Positions 58,661 to 64,000 of a stretch of 64,000 nt of DNA are shown piece by piece. Position 1 is the first letter of the stretch; each line of letters starts with the position of its first letter. A program made the position numbers and the translations under genes. Source of the stretch: Halobacteriovoraceae bacterium (GTDB taxonomy: Bacteria; Bdellovibrionota; Bacteriovoracia; Bacteriovoracales; Bacteriovoracaceae); NCBI GenBank assembly GCA_963719505.1, contig CAVRCF010000005.1:960001-1024000 (forward strand), read 5' to 3'. The notes under the pieces are model-generated. The model made no database searches. It was not told the origin of the DNA and saw only the letters and a list, made by a program, of their open reading frames with translations.

Positions 58661-59521
58661 TTACATATCCATTAAAGCTTTTATATTAGTGATATAAGTA
58701 ACACCCTCTCCTGCACCTTCGTCGTTTCCAATTCTGTTTGAAGCTCTACAGTTTCCACGGCTTACATAATCAGTTGCACCACGAACAAGAATTCCTTCAA
58801 TTTCACCAGTTGAAACATTGAATACAGCTGAACCAGAGTTCCCACCATAAGTGTCAAGGTTGGCCATAAAGTATGCACCTTCAAGAGACTTAACTTGTGC
58901 ACCGTCAGCAATTTTTGTTGGAAGTCCACTTGGGTGACCAATAACAACCAGTTCATCACCAACACTAGGCTTTCCACTTGTTCTAAACTTTAGGGGAGTT
59001 CTTCCCGTAACGTTTCTATCTAACTCAATAAGAGCGAAGTCATCTTTTGAAGCTCTATCAAGTGAGCGTGAGACGATTTTTTTACAGCTATAGATTGTAT
59101 CTTTTGAATGCTTTAGATTTGCTTGAGACTCATTTTCCATTTTATAATCGAAAACCCACTTCGCTCCGTTACAGTCACTCATGCTTTTAATACAGTGACC
59201 TGCTGTTACAAGGAGGTTTTCACCGACAAGAAACCCAGAACAGTTCGCAGCACTTGGCTGATTTGCAAAAGGCTCATCTGAACAAACTCTTAGGTCTGAT
59301 CTCAATGTACTTCCATTAATTTTATATTTTCTACTGAGAAACCTCTTTTTGAGATCTTTATTTTTGATCATTGCAGCCGTCGACTTTGACAGTTCAACAA
59401 AAGCAGAGTTCGTGGATGCATAAACATCGACTCTGTTATCGTCACCGTAGATAACTTTATTAGCAGCAAAAGCTCCTACTGACATAACTGACAAGCTTAC
59501 AAGCATTACAAGGTTTTTCAT
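58661..59521 (-). CDS. Secreted trypsin-like serine protease (paralog of the neighbouring gene)
   Basis: GGAG SD before ATG 59521; VIYGDDNR, TAGHC, DFALI and GNSGS motifs. Confidence 0.92.
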   Translation of the reverse strand: MKNLVMLVSLSVMSVGAFAANKVIYGDDNRVDVYASTNSAFVELSKSTAAMIKNKDLKKRFLSRKYKINGSTLRSDLRVCSDEPFANQPSAANCSGFLVGENLLVTAGHCIKSMSDCNGAKWVFDYKMENESQANLKHSKDTIYSCKKIVSRSLDRASKDDFALIELDRNVTGRTPLKFRTSGKPSVGDELVVIGHPSGLPTKIADGAQVKSLEGAYFMANLDTYGGNSGSAVFNVSTGEIEGILVRGATDYVSRGNCRASNRIGNDEGAGEGVTYITNIKALMDM

Positions 59522-59674
59522 TTTGTCTCCAATTAACCCATATATTTTTTTGGGGTAGAAAATATTTTTTTGGTGGAGAATAGATATCACCGAATGACAT
59601 GCTGCTCAACTAGAGTGAAATGTTTTCACAACAATGATGATTTTTATGTGATTTTAGATACTTGTGATGCCTTT

Positions 59675-59710
59675 AAAAAAAGAAAACCCCAGCGTTAGCT
59701 GAGGCTTTTT
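59675..59710 (-). terminator. Rho-independent terminator after rpsU
   Basis: AAAAGCCTCAGC-TAAC-GCTGGGGTTTT followed by a T run on the minus strand. Confidence 0.8.
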
Positions 59711-59742
59711 AATATAAGTATTCGAAAACACTGAATATTGTA

Positions 59743-59958
59743 TTAGATTTTACTTCTGCGAGAACCTTTGGCGCCAGTCTTTCTTCTTCTTTTTTCTGCT
59801 GCTTCAGACTTCTCTTTAGCTTGGATTGAAGGTTTTTTATACTCTTGCTTATCTCTATACATCTTAACGATTCCATAAGAATCACAAAGTCTTTTAAATT
59901 TTCTTAAAGACTTTTCAACTCCGAATTTCTCGTCGATTTTGATATGGATATTTTGCAT
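59743..59958 (-). CDS. rpsU: 30S ribosomal protein S21
   Basis: VEKSLRKFKR...YKKPS; strong SD. Confidence 0.92.
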   Translation of the reverse strand: MQNIHIKIDEKFGVEKSLRKFKRLCDSYGIVKMYRDKQEYKKPSIQAKEKSEAAEKRRRKTGAKGSRRSKI

Positions 59959-60078
59959 TTGAGGTCACCTCCTTGCGCATAACGGTAAGGCCAAGCTACG
60001 CTTGGGTTAAAAATTAAGTTTGCATAAAATAATCTATACGCGGTATATAGTCAATAATTCTACTCAAGGAAAGTTAGC

Positions 60079-61317
60079 ATGAAAGACCAAATTGGCCTAT
60101 TTGAATCAGAATCTAATAATAAGCCCCTAGCTTTTACAGTTAGACCTAGTGATTTATCCTCATTGGCAGGCCAAAATGCTATCCATAAGCGTCTGAGTCA
60201 CCTCAATATTAGCAAACTCCCCCATATTGTCTTCTACGGTCCTCCAGGGACAGGGAAAACGACTTTGGCCAATATCCTTGCTGTTGAGTCTGGGCTTGAG
60301 CTTTATTCATTCAATGCGGTTTTGGGCGGGGTAAACGAGCTTCGGGCCCTCATAAAGTCCGCTCTTGATCTCAAAACACTGGGAGGAAAACGCTCGATCA
60401 TCTTTATCGATGAGATCCACAGGTTTAATAAGTCTCAACAAGATGCTCTTCTTCCCCACCTAGAAGCAGGAGACTTTGTTCTTTTTGGGGCCACAACTGA
60501 ATATCCCCAAACAAGCTTGAATAAAGCAATTCTTTCAAGGGTTCAGGTATGGCCATTTTCTAAACTGGAGACAGAAGACATAAAAAAGATTCTTTTAAGG
60601 GCGATTGAACTTGAAAATAAAGATGTGAATGAAGAAATTATTAATCATATTAGTGAATTTTCAAATGGTGATGCAAGGAGTGCTCTCAATAGTCTGGAGC
60701 TCATCCTCAATCAAGACACTAGTAATCTATCTCTCAATGAAATTAAAGAACAAATTCTCCATAGCCAAAGAGCATATGACAAAAACTCAGACCGCCACTA
60801 CGATGTTATTTCAGCCTTTATAAAGTCAATTAGAGGAAGTGACGCCAATGCAGCTATTCTTTGGCTTGCAGTTATGCTCGAAGGCAACGAAGACCCTATT
60901 TTTATCGCCAGACGTCTATTGATAAGTGCAAGCGAAGATATTGGAAATGCTGATCCAAGAGCGCTACAGATGGCAACTTCTTCAATCACGGCTATTAGTC
61001 AAATTGGAATGCCAGAAGCTCGAATCATTCTCGCTCAAGTGACTACTTACCTGGCGCAAGCCCCCAAAAGTAATTCTAGCTACCTCGCCATTGATGCTGC
61101 ATTGGATTTTGTGAGAAATAACCCAACTATTGAAGTCCCTACTCATCTTCGAAATAACCACCCAGATAAAAATAAGTACAAATATCCACACAGCTTTAAT
61201 AATCACTGGGTAGAGCAAGCCTACCTTCCGATGGATGAAGACTTTTTTGCCAACTCGAAGATCGGCTATGAAAGACTACAAAAGGAATATTTAGACAAAA
61301 TTCAAAGGGACGTTTAA
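60079..61317 (+). CDS. rarA: Replication-associated recombination protein A (RarA/MgsA)
   Basis: GPPGTGKTT, DEIHRFNKSQQD, SAFIKSIRGSD, SEDIGNADP and PKSNS motifs. Confidence 0.96.
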   Translation: MKDQIGLFESESNNKPLAFTVRPSDLSSLAGQNAIHKRLSHLNISKLPHIVFYGPPGTGKTTLANILAVESGLELYSFNAVLGGVNELRALIKSALDLKTLGGKRSIIFIDEIHRFNKSQQDALLPHLEAGDFVLFGATTEYPQTSLNKAILSRVQVWPFSKLETEDIKKILLRAIELENKDVNEEIINHISEFSNGDARSALNSLELILNQDTSNLSLNEIKEQILHSQRAYDKNSDRHYDVISAFIKSIRGSDANAAILWLAVMLEGNEDPIFIARRLLISASEDIGNADPRALQMATSSITAISQIGMPEARIILAQVTTYLAQAPKSNSSYLAIDAALDFVRNNPTIEVPTHLRNNHPDKNKYKYPHSFNNHWVEQAYLPMDEDFFANSKIGYERLQKEYLDKIQRDV

Positions 61318-61326
61318 CATAAAGGG

Positions 61327-61962
61327 ATGATCGAATATATTATTGCCCATAGTCCAGATGATAGAGTTATTGACAATGCCTGCGCTATTTTAAAATCTGG
61401 TGGCCTCGTGTGCCTTCCCACTGATACGAACTGGATTCTTATCGCCGATCCAACCCATAAAGATGGTCTAGATAAGCTTTATAAGATAAAAAAAGAAAAT
61501 GGAAATAAACATTTTTCACTCTTTGTTCCGGACATCTCAACTGCATCTGAAGTTGCTCTGATCGATGACCAAGCATTTAAGCTTTTGAAGAAAGTAACTC
61601 CGGGTCATTATACGTTTATTTTTGAAGCCAAGAAGAGAATTGCCAAATCAATAAAAGCCACAAAAACAGATAAAGAGATCGGCTTGAGGTTTGTTCCCTC
61701 TGTTTTAGTTGAAACACTACTGAAGGCCTACAAAGACGTCGTCATATCGACAAATATACCTACAAGCTCTATCCACGGTCTTAGCGAGGAAGATGAAATT
61801 TACTCATATATGATTGAAGATTCATCAATCAAGCATCTGATTGATCTCATCATCGACCCTGGTGAAATTGAGTTCGTCGGTCACAGTTCTATTGTGAGCT
61901 TTTTAGGAGAGACACCTGAAGTCATCAGAGAGGGTGCTGGCGATATAAGTCTTTTCGAGTAA
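61327..61962 (+). CDS. Sua5/YciO/YrdC family protein
   Basis: LPTDT, TPGHYTFI, IGLRF and IREGAG motifs. Confidence 0.88.
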   Translation: MIEYIIAHSPDDRVIDNACAILKSGGLVCLPTDTNWILIADPTHKDGLDKLYKIKKENGNKHFSLFVPDISTASEVALIDDQAFKLLKKVTPGHYTFIFEAKKRIAKSIKATKTDKEIGLRFVPSVLVETLLKAYKDVVISTNIPTSSIHGLSEEDEIYSYMIEDSSIKHLIDLIIDPGEIEFVGHSSIVSFLGETPEVIREGAGDISLFE

Positions 61963-61963
61963 T

Positions 61964-64000
61964 TTACAAAAGAGTCGTAATTTCTAGCCCACGAGAATAC
62001 TGAATAACCTCATTGGTTTTGGAGTTTAAAGCCGGTGTCGCACTTCCAGATTTCACCTGATCAGTTGATCCCATATACAAATAATAAAGGTAATGCATTC
62101 TATTTGAGCTATTTATATGAGAGTGACTAGACTCTATATTTTTTAGACTTTTAAGTTTCGACGCAAGGACGAACATCGTTGCAACGCCAGCAATGCCGGG
62201 CTCAATTAAATTTGCCGTTTTAATCTGTTCTTTATATTTACCTTTTAAATAATCATCAATATTTTTTATCTGAGTAGAGCCTCGACTATTATTCGCATTA
62301 TCTCCGAAAAGAGATTTTACAGGACTTAGCGAAAATGGCATTGATGGAAGCCTTGGGAGTTTGAAACGTTCATTCTTCTTTACATCAATAAGCAATTGTC
62401 CTTTTTTGGACTCTTTAAATTGATAAAGACTAGAGCTACCAAAGTCAGACTCAACCCCCATCACACCAAAAGCTAGTTTTGCAAGTTGGTCATACTCCTC
62501 ATTTGTTATCCCTAATAGTGGAAGAAGATCCTTCTTTTCTTGCACGAGTGAATTCACAAATTCCTGTGTCGATTCCGACTTATAACGATTGTCTATAATA
62601 TGAGCGGAGATGGGCTTAAAAGAGGTCGCTGGCTCAAAGGTATTGTAGTCTCGATCGCAGTCTGAGCAGTTGACTTCGAAGGCCAACGTACTTTCTTTAA
62701 CAACAAAGTCGGCAATATTAGATTCTGGAAGAACGTAAAAGGGACACCCCTCTTTTGAAAATTTTTGCAAGATTTTATTATAGTCATCCGACTCCATATT
62801 GATAGAGCCATTTGTGACTCTATTATTAGAGGGATCATTATCGTTAAGAAGTAATCTTCGTTGAGCCGCGCTCTTGGGGATTGAAGACAAAGACAGAGCA
62901 GAGTTTTTATTTTGTGTGTTGAGATGAAGAACACCAGAGCGATCTTTATTTCCAATAAAATAAATCCCTGCCCCTGTTTTATTGTTCGGAATATTTGCTT
63001 TGTAATCCCTATACAGAGTTCTCTCATCCCCAACAGCTGATCCTAAGAGAACCTCTTTTCGATAAATTGAATCCCCTTCATTATTATAAACATTTAAGGA
63101 GCTATCATTTTTATCGATGACAATATATTGCTCACACTTATTGGCATAGTTTTTATGAAACTCCTGAACCTTTAGAAATGAGTTCGGCTTTTTATTTACA
63201 ATGTCAGCTTTTCTTTTTACTTCATTACTTGAAACACTCAAGGGGGTTGATGCACTAATCTCCCTTTTGATAACCTTTCTCTTACCGGTTCTCGCATCAT
63301 AAGTATTCGCCTCGTATTCAAAAGAGGGTTGTTTATTTAAAATAGCAATCGCATTAGCTTGTAGATAGGGTTCATCAAAAGTTTGTAGTTTTCCAAGTGT
63401 ATCAACATCAAAGTGTTCTTTATGATTTTCAACAATTTTTATCGCCTCTTTCTTATCGATCACTTGAAGTTTTAAAAGATTTACGGGTTTAGACTTGTCA
63501 GTAAAAGCGACTTTCTTATCAGCAAAAGCTTTTTTAACTTTCTCTAAGCTAATATCGTTTTTCTTTGCGAACTGCTCAATTTTCTTGGAGGATGGAAAGC
63601 TTTCAAGTTTCTCTCCTTTTATTGCAGACATATTACCTTGATCAAAAGTGCGTTTTGCTCGAGACCTTTCTTGCTCAAAATCAATGGGAACGCCTGAGAT
63701 ATGAAAAGCTTGTCCTTCTTTATTGAAATAGGACCTATTTCCAAGATTAATTTCATGCGCCATCTTACCCATAGAAGATTCATCAAAATCAAGCTGTTTT
63801 GCATTTTCACTTGCTGGTAACTTAAAGGCTAGTAGCGCCTCCTTGGTACCTTCTATAAGGGAACCATCATCAACTCGGTAGAGTTTTCCTTTAAAGGAAA
63901 AAGCGATCTTTTGACCTTGGTTTTCCTTTTTATTTTGCCAGGTTTTTACAAAACTCTCTTTTTCACTTTGTCCTATTCCATTATTTTTTGGCACTGTATA
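61964..64000 (-). CDS. Large protein (5' end outside window) with an inactive-looking L,D-transpeptidase fold and a C-terminal lysozyme/transglycosylase-like domain
   Basis: Frame is open to the window end; YIVIDK...TGAGIY...NRVTNGSIN; GVESDFG...RGSTQIK...YYLYMG. Confidence 0.6.
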   Translation of the reverse strand, partial: YTVPKNNGIGQSEKESFVKTWQNKKENQGQKIAFSFKGKLYRVDDGSLIEGTKEALLAFKLPASENAKQLDFDESSMGKMAHEINLGNRSYFNKEGQAFHISGVPIDFEQERSRAKRTFDQGNMSAIKGEKLESFPSSKKIEQFAKKNDISLEKVKKAFADKKVAFTDKSKPVNLLKLQVIDKKEAIKIVENHKEHFDVDTLGKLQTFDEPYLQANAIAILNKQPSFEYEANTYDARTGKRKVIKREISASTPLSVSSNEVKRKADIVNKKPNSFLKVQEFHKNYANKCEQYIVIDKNDSSLNVYNNEGDSIYRKEVLLGSAVGDERTLYRDYKANIPNNKTGAGIYFIGNKDRSGVLHLNTQNKNSALSLSSIPKSAAQRRLLLNDNDPSNNRVTNGSINMESDDYNKILQKFSKEGCPFYVLPESNIADFVVKESTLAFEVNCSDCDRDYNTFEPATSFKPISAHIIDNRYKSESTQEFVNSLVQEKKDLLPLLGITNEEYDQLAKLAFGVMGVESDFGSSSLYQFKESKKGQLLIDVKKNERFKLPRLPSMPFSLSPVKSLFGDNANNSRGSTQIKNIDDYLKGKYKEQIKTANLIEPGIAGVATMFVLASKLKSLKNIESSHSHINSSNRMHYLYYLYMGSTDQVKSGSATPALNSKTNEVIQYSRGLEITTLL

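Noticed and set aside
1001-63810. Antisense and overlapping short ORFs in the ORF track (for example 1001-1465, 24018-24380, 27884-28315, 54452-54802, 62593-63033)
   Set aside because: Shadow ORFs of well-supported genes, with no SD or recognisable motifs
1-64000. CRISPR array, rRNA/tRNA, IS/transposase, integrase or prophage
   Set aside because: No regularly spaced repeats, RNA-gene signatures or mobile-element ORFs seen; intergenic gaps are short

Overview
AT-rich chromosomal segment from what appears to be a predatory Bdellovibrionota (Bacteriovoracales/Halobacteriovorax-like); this is inferred from gene content and order. It carries translation and housekeeping genes (thrS, infC, rpmI, rplT, ihfA, type 2 ileS, rpsU, rarA, ddl, ispA, plsB, guaB-like, gshA) and a full type II secretion operon gspC-N. 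The 3' part of gspD, all of gspE and most of gspF (about 10.3-14.0 kb) contain many single-base indels, probably sequence errors. Other content: a Leptospira-like heme operon (short hemA, hemC-hemD fusion, hemL, sensor kinase, response regulator, hemE) with a candidate HemR-type operator, an orphan TadA/CpaF ATPase among unknown genes, a TatT-type TRAP transporter operon, two tandem secreted serine proteases, and a window-truncated large protein combining an apparently inactive L,D-transpeptidase fold with a lysozyme-like domain. Several genes look leaderless (TANNNT 6 nt before the start codon, no Shine-Dalgarno). I saw no rRNA, tRNA, CRISPR array, prophage or IS. All calls come from reading motifs by eye; no searches were run.
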